Source of the DNA: the human T2T-CHM13v2.0 reference genome, Homo sapiens
NCBI RefSeq assembly: GCF_009914755.1
Contig: NC_060944.1
Strand: one strand, 5' to 3'
Length of the DNA stretch: 64,000 nucleotides
The notes beneath the pieces were generated by a model. It was not told the DNA's origin. It was given only the letters and a program-made list of their open reading frames with translations, and ran no database searches. Of the stretch, positions 35,910-50,500 are shown one piece after another (position 1 is the stretch's first letter; each line of letters starts with the position of its first letter). A program made the position numbers and the translations under genes.

Positions 35910-36660
35910 TGATTAAAATGATAGCTTGTATTTATCATGACTTTGGAGGAGGAAAGACATTAAGATACACTTATATCATGAAATACATTTTCAAGGAAGT
36001 TTTACTTGTCAAATGGTCTTTCCTTTAATTCCTATAGCATTTAGTGTTATAACAAACCTATTGGTTTCTGTTGGTAATTAACTTTTTCATATGTCTATCA
36101 TAGATAGATTGGACCCTAAGGGACAAAGGCCATATTTTATGCGTATTCATATTCCTTTCTTATTCACTAACAAAATACAGTTGACATAGTAAGTACTTAA
36201 TAAGCATCTCTTAGAAAATAATGAACAAATGGGGAGGATAGAAAGAGGACTGGTTATAAATCCAAAAATATGTGAAAATGTGTCATAAACAGTAAAGTAC
36301 TATGTTCATTATAAAACATTAAAACAGTGATTAGAATTTGCATTACAGCATTTAATATTGTTTTAAGTTAAGTATTTTTCAACTTTAGAGAAGGACAAAT
36401 TGAAAGCCTATGGTGTGTTAGGCACTGGGCTGGACTTTATGCCTATAAGTCTATTTAATCTTTACAACAACCCTATGAGGTTGGCTTTTCTTAGCTTCTG
36501 TGAACTGTAGTTAGCATGTTTTGAGTTGGTCAAATTTATATTTAATTATTGCTTTATCACTTAATATGTTACTTTGGGCATCCTACTTAAAATATCTGAG
36601 TCTCAGTTTTTTCTTCTGTAAATAGAGGTTGTTGTCAAAATTAAATAAATTAGTGTATCA

Positions 36661-36895
<235 letters not shown>

Positions 36896-37179
36896 TCAGC
36901 AACTGAACCAAGACCTGAACCCAATTCTGACTACAGAGTTTATATTCCTCTCAAAATACCAATAATAGTATACTTTACTTAAATGCCATATTAGATTAAC
37001 TTCCTTGAATAAGAATAAAAAAATCATTTTGCAAGGTAAGGTAAAAAGTGATATACTTTAACTAAGAATACAAAATATCTGCTTTTTTAAGAGAACCAAT
37101 TCTTACGATGTCAGTAACTTTCAAAGAATAGGATTTATGAACCTAATCTTTACTCTTCTAATACTTCAAAAATTATTGA

Positions 37180-37404
<225 letters not shown>

Positions 37405-38818
37405 TGAATGTAAACTTAGTTTTGAATGAATCTAAGTTTCCATGGTTGAGGATAAATTGTATTCATTTCCTTGCTCTTTTTCTATACCTGCAGGAAAAGG
37501 TTATGCTTTCCAAAACTTGTAATGTTCCTGCATATTTATGGAAGACATATACTTAAAGCCACTACACTTGCATAAGAAACTCTGATATTCTGTTTTTAAT
37601 GGGTCATTTAGTTTGTCGTGCCTGTTTTTGCCTTTATAAGAGAAATTAGAAATAGTGTGATTGACAAAACAGAGACATCAGTAATTGTTTTCAGAATTCT
37701 CAAGATTCCAAGCAGCTTGCTATTTATGACATATCAAAAATTCCTAAGCATTCCAAAGTGCCAGAGATTTACATATGTCATAAATATAATACCTTCAAAA
37801 TTTATATACCATCTGTTTCACTTTGAAGACATTTTTTATTTTCTACCTTGTATTATGGCTACTTAGGTATGGATCTTGCCTCTGTCACTAGTCTTCAAGC
37901 TTCTTGAAGGCAAGGTCTTTGTCATAATTATTTTCTGAATCTCTTATAATATCTGTCTCAGTGCCTTGCACATACCATTTCCTCAATCAACATTTGTTGA
38001 ATCAGGATTGACAGATTTTTTTTAATCTTCTTCATTTAAAATATTCATATAATCTCTAGGTGGATTTATATTCATATCAAGTATGGTTCATTTGTTCGTT
38101 TATTATTTTTTTACATATTCCACAAATATTCATTGATTTCATACTTTGTACCAAACACTATGTTAGGCTCTGGGATATAAAGACAAACAAGATAAATAAG
38201 ATCCTTTTCAGTCAGGTGAGGAAATCAGATAATTAAAGTATTTTTAAAACATTACAGTAATTGTAAATTGTAATTGTGCTATAAAGGAAAATAAAGTGCT
38301 ACAACATAAAATAACAGAGAAGTTCACTTTAGTTAAAATAATTGGGAAAAGCCTTTCTGAGAAGATAGAATTTAAGCTCAGACTTGAAAAATGAGAACTA
38401 CCCAGCCATGTAAAAAGTCCCTGAGGGAATAGCATTCTAGGCGGAGGAAACTGCAAGAGCAAAGGTCTTGAGGTGGAAAAATGCTTGACTTTTTCAGGGA
38501 ACAAAAAGGCTAGTATGGTCAGTATGGTGAATGTCACTAGATGATGCCTCTTAGGTTTTTAGGGTTACAGAGGCTCCAATTAGAAATTTTGATTTTATTA
38601 AATGCACTGGAGAAGTCACTAAATCATTTTAAGGCATCTAATCTGATTAGTTTTTTAAAATATTACTCTGTCTGCTTTATAGAGAATGGACTACACAAGG
38701 GTAGGAGTAGATAGAGGAAAACTAGTTAGAATAAGCAGTAGTCCAGTAAAAGAATATAGAGTTAGTTGGGAGTTCTTTGTTTTATATAGCATTGTTGCTT
38801 ATTGAGTATGGTTTTTGA

Positions 38819-38923
<105 letters not shown>

Positions 38924-40024
38924 TAAAATATTTTATTTATTTTCCTTCGATTTAATTTTCTTGATATTTGTTTTTATATTCAAATTTAATTGAGTCAAAT
39001 GGAATGTAGTTAACAACTGCACAAGTACAGATGTAATTGATAAAGACTTATATTTGGTATAAACTCCCAAAGTACAACAACAAAAGTGTGTCATTTTATT
39101 TATTGAATATAGTTTGCAATATTGACAGTATATTCATCTATTCATTCAGTAAATATTCACTGAGTGCCTTCCATATGCCGGAAACTGTTCTAGGCACTGA
39201 GGAGATAGCAGTGAATTAAACATAGCTGCTGGCCTCATGGATCTTAAATTTTATTTGGGGTAGCTAATAAATAAACAAATAAATATATGTCAGGAAATGA
39301 TCACCATTGTGAAGAGAAACAGAAAATGAAATAAATAAACAGTAAGACAGGAAAGGCTTTTCTGAAAAGGTAAGAACAAATCTGAAGGAGGTAAAGGAAC
39401 AAATCAGTAATGTGGGGGAAGAATATTCTAGGAAGAGCAAGTAGAAAGGCCCTAAAGCAGGACACACTGGACATTTTCAAGGACCAGCAAGGAGGCAAGT
39501 GAGACTCTAGCGGAGTAAATGAGAGGCTGAGTGGTAGGAGATGAGGTCAGAGAGATAGCAGGAGACACAGATGATGTAGGGTGTGATATACTACAGCGGG
39601 ACTTTTATTTTACTCAGGGAACACAGGAAGGTTTTGAATAGAGGAGTGACGGGATCTGACTTGATTTCAACATCATCCCTTTGGCTACTTACTCTAAGGG
39701 GAAAGGGAGGAATCAGAAAGCACATGAGAAAGTTATTGTAGTAAGAAGTCCAGATAAGAGAATGCAGTATCTATGATCAGTTCTCAGTCATCATCTCACC
39801 CAGGTGGTAGCAGTCAAGTTACAGATATATCTGGAAAGCGAAGCCAGGAGAATTTGCTGATGAATTGCATATAGCTTTAAGAGAAAATGAAGGATACTAT
39901 ATGATTTTTGGCATGAGAACAGACTTAACACTTCATAAGATTAGTATAATCAGATTTAAAGGGGGCAGAGAGAAGGAAGTAAACTAGGTTTTGCATATAA
40001 GTTTTGGGATGACTGTTACACATC

Positions 40025-40464
40025 TGTTATGGTCTAAATGCATGTGTTCCCCTAAAATTCATATGTTGAAACCTAACCTTCAAGGTGATGGTATTAAGAG
40101 GTGGGGCTCTGAAGCCAGAATGACCTTTTAGGAACAACAACAACAAAAGAGTTGGAAGTGATTAGGTCATAAGAGAGGTGATTAAGTCATAAGAGAAGTG
40201 ATTAGGTCATAAGGGCTCCACCATCATAAGTGAGATTAGTTCCCTTATAAAAGAGACCTGTAGGAGTTTTCTTGTCCCTTCCACTGTGTGAGGTCACAGC
40301 AAAAAGACACCATCTATGAGGAACAGGCCCTCACCAGACACCAAATCTGCTGGCACCTTGATCTTGTACTTCACATCCTCCAGGACTGTGAGCAATAAAT
40401 TTCTGTTGTTTATCAGTTACCCAATCTAAGTTATTTTATTCTAGTGGCCCGAATGGACTAACAC
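40025..40464. mobile_element. MaLR LTR (MST/MLT1A-like) within L2 remnants
   Basis: tgttatggtctaaatg ... ggactaacaca termini; a related LTR lies at ~40779-41143. Confidence 0.75.
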
Positions 40465-41387
40465 AATATCGAAGGGAGTAGGTAAGTAGTTGACTCTCCG
40501 GGTCTGAAATTCAGGAGAGAGGTCTGAAGTGGATGTATAAATTTGCAAGTTGTGAGTGTATAGATGGAACTTCAACCATGGACTCTAAGAGATCCCCAAG
40601 GTAGTGAGTATACATTTAAAAAAAGTAAAGAGAGAGAGGGATCTGAGGACTTAGTATTTGGTCATTCCCAGTAGTTAGTCTGGGATATTAGGAACAGAAA
40701 AGGAGCAGGTAGGAAGAAAATCGAGAAATAGTGATACCTCAGAGGCCAAGAGAAGAATGTATTCCATGAGGAAGGGAGTTGTTTAGTCTGTTTGGGCTGC
40801 TGTAACAAAATACCATAAACTGGGTGGCTTATTAACAATAGAAATTTAGTTATCATCATTCTGGAGGCTGAGAAATTCCAGATAAACTTGCCAGCAGATT
40901 CATCGTCTGGTGATGGCCTGCTTCCTGATTCATAGATGGCAACCTTCTCACCGTATTCTCACATGGTAGATTGAGGCAGCTTCCTGGGGCCTCTTTTATA
41001 AAGGCACTAATCTCATTCATGGGAATCTGCCCTCATGACCTAATTATCTCCCAAAGCTCCCACCTCCTAATACCATCACATTGGAGATTAGATTTCAAAA
41101 TATGCATTTGAGGTGAAGAAGACACAAACATTTAGGCCATAGCAAAAGTCAACATCTAAGTCAAGTGCTGTTTGTTTGTGCAAATAAGATAAGGGACTGA
41201 AAATTGACCACTGGATTTGGAAGCCTAGAGATTATTTATATACATGTATATATAATAAACTAGTGTTTATAAATAATACTATTGAGAAAATGAAAGTTGT
41301 TTTAGTTTCTTCACTATATCAATGATATTTTTACAGTATCATTGTTTTCTGTTCTCATGTTTTTCTCAACCTTCTATTTCTCCATAG

Positions 41388-41494
41388 TGCTATTGATGTT
41401 TCAGAACACTTTACTCAGAACCAAAGCAGACCAGAAGAAATCACTCTTAGAGAAAATTTTGACAATGATCTACTTTTCCAAGCTGAGAGCTTTG
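41388..41494 (+). CDS. RAD21L1: RAD21L1 exon 5 ([22 protein letters not shown]...)
   Basis: tccatag| and G|gtgaga; 107 nt; RAD21-like NQSRxEEITxRE. Confidence 0.95.
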
Positions 41495-42059
41495 GTGAGA
41501 ATATTTGAGAACTCAAAATTACAAATTATAATCAATTATATTTGTATTTGTGTATTGAAATAATGCCAGTAGACGTAGCTATAGAATGAATCTTTTGATG
41601 TGTAAATGTAATTCCCAATACATTTTTCCTTGCCTTTTTCTAGTATAGATGTCAATGCCAAGACTCAGTCTTAGGATATACTTCTATTCTCAGTGTATAA
41701 CCATTTACTGAATACCTACTCTGTATCAGGTGCTATCAATAGACAGGGCAGTACCAAAATTTAAAGAAGCAGTTCCTGCCCTCAAGGAGATTCTGGGTGT
41801 GAGAGAGACACATAAATAAACAGTTAAGATGGTCAACATACATACAAGATTTTATATGTATGCTGCATGAAATGCCTTCAAAATATATTTCTTCTGGTAT
41901 ATGATAATATCAATTGTAAAATAATGCCTTTTAAATCAGCCTGGGGGTGAGGAAGAGGAAATGCTACCACACTAAATGTATATATTGATTGTGAAACAGA
42001 AACTGATTTTTAAAATGTTAAACTCTTGTTTGGGCAAGGCGATTGTACTTTATTTTTAA

Positions 42060-42344
42060 ATTTTTTTTTTGACACAGGGTTTTGTTCTTGTCACCCAGGT
42101 TGGAATGCATGATCATGGCTTACTGAAGCCTTGACCTGGGCTCACAATCTTCCCGCCTCAGCCTCCTGAGTAGCTGGGACTGCAAGTGCATGCCACCACA
42201 CTCAGCTAATTTTTTAAAACTTTTTTGTAAAGACAGGGTCTTGCTATGTTGCCCAGGCTGGTCTTGAACCTCTAGGCTCAAGCAATCCTCCTGCCTCAGA
42301 CTCCCAAATTGTTGGGTTTACAGGCATGAGCCACTGTGCCTGGC
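42060..42344 (-). mobile_element. AluJ element
   Basis: Reverse Alu consensus. Confidence 0.9.
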
Positions 42345-43061
42345 TAGTGTACTTTAAAATGGAAGCAATATGGTGTAATTTAACTATAGAGTATTTGATC
42401 TTTTGTTCTGGCATCTCCTACTCCCTGTCTTATATCATGATATTTATACACCTCTTGTCTTGGTCTACAAACTCCATGAGGATAGAATCTGTGTAATGTT
42501 CATATTTGAGTTTCCTATAGTGCCCAAAACAATGAGTATAGGAGAAAGATGGCCTATGTCTATCTTGGTCGGGGAGGGGAGTCAAGAAAGTAATGCTTGA
42601 GCGACATCTCTAACCTCAGCTTCTCATCCTTACTCTGCTTCCGTAACTCTTGCCATATCTGTAGCTGTGTTTCTCAGCCTGTGGTGAAGGACCAGTTTTC
42701 TAATATTTGTCCATTTTCAATCTGTATTGTATTTTACTGTGTAAAATACAATAAAATGAATTATTAGAAAAATTAAAAATTTAAAAATCAAAATACAAGT
42801 CTTAAGTTTTGTTATTAGAGTCAACATATATAAAATTGCTCTGTCAAATTTCTGTAAAACTTTCTGAAAATGTGCTTTTATTTCTGTATTTTCTTTCTTG
42901 TGGACCAGTACCAGTCCACAGATTATACTTTAAGTAGCACTGATCTCTTACTGGCTATAACCCCAGACCCAGAATTGCAACACATTGGCAAAGAGGTAAT
43001 CATATTCCCTACTCCCAAGACACTCTTTACAAATTCCCCTACTATTCTTATTTGGGCTTGA

Positions 43062-43487
<426 letters not shown>

Positions 43488-45347
43488 TGATATAGTTCAC
43501 CAGTACCAAAGACCTGGAGTACTGCAATACCCTCCTACAAATCTTCCTCCAGTCTCTTCCCACATTTTATACATCTTTGTAAGAGCAATTGTCTTTAAAT
43601 TCCATTTTTGATATATCACATTCCTCTGCTTAAGTGCCTTGGGTCCCTATAACTTACTGTATCACATACTTCTACCTATACTCAAGGCCCTCTGCCAATT
43701 TATCACCTTCTTTATTTTATCAGCTTTGTTTTACTCTTAATGTGGACTTTTTGCTCTAGTCAAGCAAATGTCTTACCACCCAACAAATACAATTTAGTTG
43801 TTCACATTTCTGTATCTTCCTTTACAATTTTAAAAGGTGGGAAGAACATGTTCTTAGTAAATGGGCAGATTTGGGTTTGAATCTGAACTTTTCTCTATTG
43901 ATTTCCTGTGTGACACTGGGCAGATTGCCTAACCTCTTTGAGCCTTACTGTCCCTATTTGTAAAGTTGGGATATAACTAACAACATCATAGGGTTATTCC
44001 CCTTATTCCTTCCTTTAATCTTCTTCACCAATATGTGATTTTTCTCTTCTATAAAAACTGCTTCAAACCTAATGTCCTCTAAGAAATATTTAAAATTAAT
44101 CCATCTTATTCTGGATTGTAATATAAGATCAAAGGCAATGATTATTTCTTTTATGTATTTTGTATAATCTGATATTCTTGTGATGTTCAATGCTGAGAAT
44201 ATAGTGTCTTCATAAGTCTTATTCTCTGATTGACCAACGCTGGCTTTTCCTTTGGGAGCTATCAAGCTGTACCTAGATGATATGAATACATTCTTAGTTT
44301 TTGAAAAAGTAATTTAGTCTTTTCTTCTGAGCAATTCTTTAATCCATTGTCATGATAGTTGTTTTTTTCCACTCTTCCATTCTAGAAGATTTAGGTCTAT
44401 AGAAGAATTTTCAATATGGGTAATACTTCATGATTTTCTTTACTGTCTAACACTAACATGGGTTGTTAGAGGGAGGAGAAGACTAACCTTGGACCTCTGG
44501 GGTTTCAGACTCCTGGACCTAGAGATTCAAACCCAAGAGAGGGAAATAACTGATGTCTGGTCAAGAGCTGACTTCTGGTCCCCTGGAACTATCAGTGTAG
44601 TGTTGTGATTGTCAGGATGCAGGCTCTGGAGTCAGAGAGAGCTGGGTTCAGATCCTGACTCTTGTCATTTATTATAGTGTGACTGTGTGCAAGTTACAAA
44701 ACCTTTCTGTGGATGTGTTTCCTCATCTGTACAATGAGAATTATAATAGTATCTTCTATTACATAATATAATACATACTATAAACACTCGGTTACTGTTA
44801 GCTGACTGGGTTTGTCTTTTTTTTTTTTTTAACGGACCTCTATCACTGCCTCCTAGCATATTCGATATTTATTGAATGAATGTTGTAAGCCCATTCTTTA
44901 ATATTTTACCTACGTTTCCATTTCCTGAGATGACTAACATGTTCCTTATTTTCCAAACCTCCACTATGCATGAACACTACAAGCAATTGTCCTTGAAATA
45001 CTATGAAATATACTTGGTCAAGCAGAACTTACTTACCTAAAATAGAATAAATTATTTTCCATAGTACTTTTACCTTAGGAAGTTATTAAACTATATCACA
45101 ACTATAAACTCTATGTAATATGTTGGCATTTTTTCCATTGTATTTGAAAGGGCATTAGACTAAAAATCATGTCTCTACTGATTGAGTGACCTTAGTTGAA
45201 TAATTCAAGTAAGTCTTTCAGCCATTCTCTTCATCTATAAAATGAGGTGTTGGATGACAAGATTATGCTAGATGATATCTGAATTTCCTTCTAACCCTAT
45301 AATTCTGTGTTTCTATGAATTAGTATTAATGATATATATTTATTTAG

Positions 45348-45518
45348 GGGAGGAATCTGAAATTCTCAGAAGACATAGCTTCTTTGATGACAACATATTA
45401 CTGAATTCCAGTGGTCCTTTAATTGAACATAGTTCTGGAAGCCTCACTGGAGAACGATCTCTATTCTATGACAGTGGAGATGGGTTTGGAGATGAAGGAG
45501 CTGCAGGAGAAATGATTG
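45348..45518 (+). CDS. RAD21L1: RAD21L1 exon 6 ([15 protein letters not shown]...AAGEMI)
   Basis: tttag| and G|gtatgc; 171 nt, phase 1-1; lies within ORF track 45272..45688. Confidence 0.93.
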
Positions 45519-46116
45519 GTATGCTATCTGGTCATGTGGAAATAAAATATTTATTTTCATCAAATTACTACAATATATTAGTAGATTTATTATATCAATC
45601 TAAAATTTCAAATATGTTTTTGTGTTATGTAGGTCAATACTTTTTTTTATACAAGTTTTCAAAGTCTGTGGCATGTTTAAACATTTAGGCTAGGCCTAAG
45701 TAAATAGCCGTCTGTTTAAATATATTTTCTATAGAGGTTATGAACTACTGCTTGTTTTTATTTTTACAAATTCCTAATTTTTGGAGGGGAGAGAGTGAGG
45801 TTAGTATATTCCTTATAAAATATACTAGGCTATGTACTGGAAAACATTGTTTTCTTTAACATACATTGTGGGGCAGCTAAGTTATTTTCCAGAATTTTAT
45901 ATTATTATTTTATATTTATATTCCCCTGCTTAAGGCCTTGGGTCCCCATGACTTACTGTATCAAATACCTCTACCTATCCTCAAGGCCTTCTACCAATTT
46001 ATTGCCTTCTTTATTTTATCAGTTTTATTTGTTTTACTCTTAACATAGACTATTTCACATTATAAAATAGTCATAGAAATCGGGTAGAGAAAAACTAAGA
46101 AGTCCAAATGCACATG

Positions 46117-46430
46117 TTTTATTTATTATTATTATTATTATTTTTGAGACGGAGCCTTGCTGTGTCGCCCAGGCTGGAGTGCAATGGCACCATCTTGGCT
46201 CAATGCAACCTCTGCCACCTGGGTTCAAGTGATTCTTCTGCCTCAGCCTCCTGAATAGCTGGGATTACAGGTGCCCACCACAATGTCCAGCTAATTTTTT
46301 TTCTAGTTTTAGTAGAGATGGGGTTTCACCATGTTGGTCAGGCTGATCTCAAACTCCTGACCTCAGGTGATCCACCCGCCTCAGCTTCCCAATGTGCTGG
46401 GATTATAGGAGTGAGCCACTGCGCCCAGCC
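46117..46430 (-). mobile_element. AluS element with (ATT)n tail
   Basis: Reverse Alu; flanked by aaatgcac. Confidence 0.92.
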
Positions 46431-46615
46431 AAAATGCACGTTTTAAAGATTATTTATTGGCTGTTCCTATCAAATCTTTTTTAAAATTCTCTAGTTCACA
46501 TTAAAGATCTGGTTATTCCTTTACAATGAAATGCATAAAGTAACATTAATAAATGTTTAGTGAACAAATGACAGATTCCAGTCTGTATGAAAAAATATTC
46601 ATTGTGTTTTTCAAG

Positions 46616-46711
46616 ACAATCTATTGCAAGATGATCAGAATATCCTGTTAGAAGACATGCATTTGAACAGAGAAATTTCCCTGCCTTCTGAGCCTCCCAA
46701 TAGTTTAGCAG
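46616..46711 (+). CDS. RAD21L1: RAD21L1 exon 7 ([11 protein letters not shown]...PPNSLA)
   Basis: tttttcaag| and G|gtaggt; 96 nt, open and in frame. Confidence 0.9.
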
Positions 46712-47624
46712 GTAGGTTGAAATTTTCCTTTATGAGAAAGTAATGGGTTACTAATGTTTAAGCCTCAGAACTTCTGAATTTAAGTAGCAATATAGTATAG
46801 TGAAAGATAAAGAACAATGTCTTTCAGACTCTGTTAGTCTGACTGTAGACAATATAAAATAGGAAATTGGATTCTGATAAAGGTACACTGAAGGGTATTT
46901 AGCCAGGATTGGGCTTAGCATGAGAGAACTCTGCCAATATATTGTGCTTTTTGAATTATTAAAATAGTATATGGTAAATGGTAAGAAAATTTATTAACTA
47001 GTATGGTTTGATAATCTACATACAATTTGAGAGAAATTACAAATTGAGGATATTTTCCCTATTTGAAATTCATACGGAAGTACCTCAGATGATTTGAGGT
47101 ATTTTAGTCTGATTTTTCTTAAGAATTAAAAGTACAATTAGCCCCATTTTTTATTTGCCACAATTTTTGATGTTATATTTGCTTTCTAAAAACAACAGTA
47201 GAAACTGAAAATACAAAGAGCTAAAAGTAATAAAATTTTACTTATGGTTTTTTATGGATCAACTGATAAGTGATTTAACAGAATAGAATTTTTTTTTAGC
47301 AGACATATAGTCAAATTGTTATCAGTCATTTACTGTAGTTGCTGCCACTGTTTTCACATCTGCTGTGACTTTAGCCCACCCTTAGATGTCTCATGTGCAA
47401 AAGGGGATGATGATACTTGACTCACTCGAATACTGTGGGTCCCACACCATATAATCTGTAAGCCTCTTCAGCTCTATTAAATAAATGGTTCTAAGAATTC
47501 AGATGTTCCAGTTAGTAATATAAATCTTCAGTTAGTTTATCTTTATCTTTAATTCTCATACAGTCCTCTAGCCTGCATCCTAACTGGTTTTTTTTACAAT
47601 TACTTTTATGTGGATGTTGATTAG

Positions 47625-47738
47625 TTGAACCAGATAACTCAGAGTGTATATGTGTACCTGAAAATGAAAAAATGAATGAAACAATATTATTATCAACCGA
47701 AGAGGAAGGATTTACCCTTGATCCAATTGATATTTCAG
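47625..47738 (+). CDS. RAD21L1: RAD21L1 exon 8 (EPDNSEC...[13 protein letters not shown])
   Basis: gattag| and G|gtcaga; 114 nt; [12 protein letters not shown] resembles RAD21 EEEAFALEPIDI. Confidence 0.9.
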
Positions 47739-47904
47739 GTCAGAGGCATTTACGGTTTTGTTTTAATTTTTAATACACTGTTAACTTATTTACTTTGAGA
47801 TGTTTGAATAATCACTGAAATATTATAGGAGATAGTCAATCTAGTAATAGCACTTGTAACACAATAGAGGAGAAGACGGTGAAGAAAATTTTAGATGATC
47901 CTTT

Positions 47905-48376
47905 TGAGGTAGGAAGCGGGACTCAACTCCAGAATTGGGGGTTGGACACCGGACCAGATGAGGACTAGTTACAAGGTGGGTGGGGGGAGCTTTCAATCAC
48001 ACCCACCCACCAGTGTGCCATGTCAATTTACTGCTGCCATGGCAACACCGGGAATTCACCCTTTTCCATGGTGATGACCCAATGATTCCTACTCCTTCCC
48101 TGCATAAACCAGCCCCCTTAATCTGCATACAATTAAAAGTGGGTATAAATATGACTGCAAAACTGCCCTGAGCTGCTAGTCTGGGCCTGCTGAGTAGCCC
48201 TGCTCTGCAGCAGCAGTTACGGTGCTAGAGCTGTAACACCACCAGAGGTGTAACACTGCCTATTCAATAAAGCTGTTTTCTTCTACCTCTGACTTGCCCT
48301 TGAATTCTTTTCCTGGACAAAGCCAAGAACCCAGATGGGCTAAGCTCCACTCTGGGGCTCATTTGTCCTGTACCTC
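47905..48376 (+). mobile_element. ERV1 solo LTR (MER66-like), sense orientation in RAD21L1 intron 8
   Basis: TGAGGTAGGAAGCGGGACTC start; TATAAA at ~48144; AATAAA at 48266. Confidence 0.75.
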
Positions 48377-49539
48377 TGTATCACTTGCATTATATTCAGT
48401 CCTGTTCAAACCATGTATCCAGTTTGGGAAACTGAAAAATTTTAAACTAAGTTCAATTTAGGAAGGTATTGAGCCATTACTCTGTAGTGGGCACGGGAAT
48501 AAAGAAGACACACACTTTTTACTTTTAAGAAGCTTAGAAAACAATCTAGTCAGGAAGATAAATAGTCATGCAAGTGAATATAATATAAGGCAGAATAAAA
48601 AGATCAGAGGAGAGGCGAATGCCTTCTAGCATTTAACTTCAAGCATCATATTTTTAGGGATAAGTAGTAAGTATGAATCTAATATATCTAATGTAACTAC
48701 TAGTCTAATATAACTAATATAACTAGGTCATTTAGAAACATCCTAGTTGTAGGTAGTATAATTGATATGAATTTCAGTTTATAAACTCAGGCATGCAAAC
48801 AGTAAAGCATTTTTTTTTTAACTGAATTCACCACTGAGCCTCTATCTCACTAGGCTGGCAGGAAATTCAATCTGTGTAGCTTCCCTGTCTTATTTCCACC
48901 ATGTAGTTCCAAAGTTTGGGGGAGGGGTATGGAAGGTGGAAGGGAACCTCTGGTTATCAGCTATACCAATCTGTGGTTCCCAGGGCTCCAGCTTACATAG
49001 CCTTGGGGATCATCACATAGCCAACCTCTCCAGTATCTTGTCTTGTTCCTGGGATTTTACTGAGGCACATCAGCCAGCAAGCAGGTTCCTGTACATTTTG
49101 GCTCCATTTGATCTTGGATCTTTATCAATCCTGAGAAATCTAACCCTCTCTCCCCTTTTACAGCTTTACTAAAGAAAAGCTTGACTTCTGCTTTCTGCCT
49201 GGTAAAATTCCCTGGTGGAGTGAAATCCTATGGACCTAGTTACCTGCTTGGAATGTCTATGAATTTCAGTGGGAGAGGGAAAAATACACTGGACAAATAC
49301 AAATGAGTGTTGTAGAAAGTTATTCTATTACATAAGCATTTTAAGGAACCTCCAAATTGGTGGACTTCCCTCTTCCCCACCTTTCCTCAGTTGCTCACTT
49401 AACAGGTAGATCCCTTTCTAAGCACTTCCAAGCAACACCTTACAAAATGTATCAGCTATTGGTTGCTCAGCATAATTTTCAGAGGGGAGAAGGGATTTTC
49501 TTTCCAATGCAACACTGTAGGTTGTACTGTGGTAGAAAT

Positions 49540-49835
49540 TTCTTTTCTCTTTTGGAGATAGGGTCTTGCTCTGTTGCCCAGTCTGGAGTGTAGTGATGTG
49601 GTCTCAGCTCACTTCAACCTCTGCCACTCAGGCTCAAGGGATCCACCCATCTCAGCCTCCTGAGTAGCTGGGTCTACAGGTGCGTGCTACCATGTGTGGC
49701 TAATTTTTGTATTTTTTGTAGAGACGGGGTTTAGCCATGTTGCCCAGGCTGGTCTTGAACTCCTGGGCCCAAGCAATCCGCCCACCTCAGCCTCTTGAAG
49801 TGCTAGGATTACAGGCATGAGCCACCGTGCCTGGC
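49540..49835 (-). mobile_element. AluJ element
   Basis: Reverse Alu ending ~90 nt before exon 9. Confidence 0.9.
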
Positions 49836-49922
49836 TTAGAAATTTCTTAAGTATTTAGTGCCTACAATATGATTTTAGAAAGCTGTATAACCAATCACAT
49901 TTGTGCTATTTCTTATATTTAG

Positions 49923-50149
49923 ACATTGCTGAGAAAAGGAAAGGCAAAAAGAGGAGATTGCTCATAGATCCTATCAAGGAGCTCAGTAGCAAAGTTATAC
50001 ATAAACAGCTTACTTCCTTTGCGGACACACTCATGGTTTTGGAACTTGCACCTCCTACCCAAAGATTGATGATGTGGAAGAAGAGGGGAGGAGTGCATAC
50101 ACTTCTGTCAACTGCTGCCCAGGATTTGATTCATGCTGAACTGAAAATG
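49923..50149 (+). CDS. RAD21L1: RAD21L1 exon 9 ([12 protein letters not shown]...[12 protein letters not shown]...; STAG-binding middle region)
   Basis: tttag| and ATG|gtaacg; 227 nt; conserved kleisin middle-domain motifs. Confidence 0.96.
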
Positions 50150-50400
50150 GTAACGGTTCCTACCCTTCTACATGTGAGCAATGTCTGGTTATAAATAAAT
50201 AATAAATAAATAAATAAACACATATTTACATACATATATAACAGAATTTAAACTTGCGAAGAAGTACTTCCTCATTTTGAATTAATTTTCTGTATTGTGT
50301 GTATGAATTATAGTTTTTCCTTTTTAGATATGTGCTTGTGTTTTCTTGAATTGCTTTGCTGGTACAAAAACAAAAAAAACAAAAATGTGTATTTTTACAG

Positions 50401-50500
50401 TTGTTTACAAAATGCTTTCTGTCCTCTGGCTTTAAACTTGGAAGAAAAATGATACAGAAGGAGTCAGTAAGGGAAGAAGTGGGAAACCAAAATATAGTAG
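50401..50500 (+). CDS. RAD21L1: RAD21L1 exon 10 (LFTKCFLSS...GNQNIV)
   Basis: tttttacag| and G|gtgaga; 100 nt, frame continuous. Confidence 0.92.
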
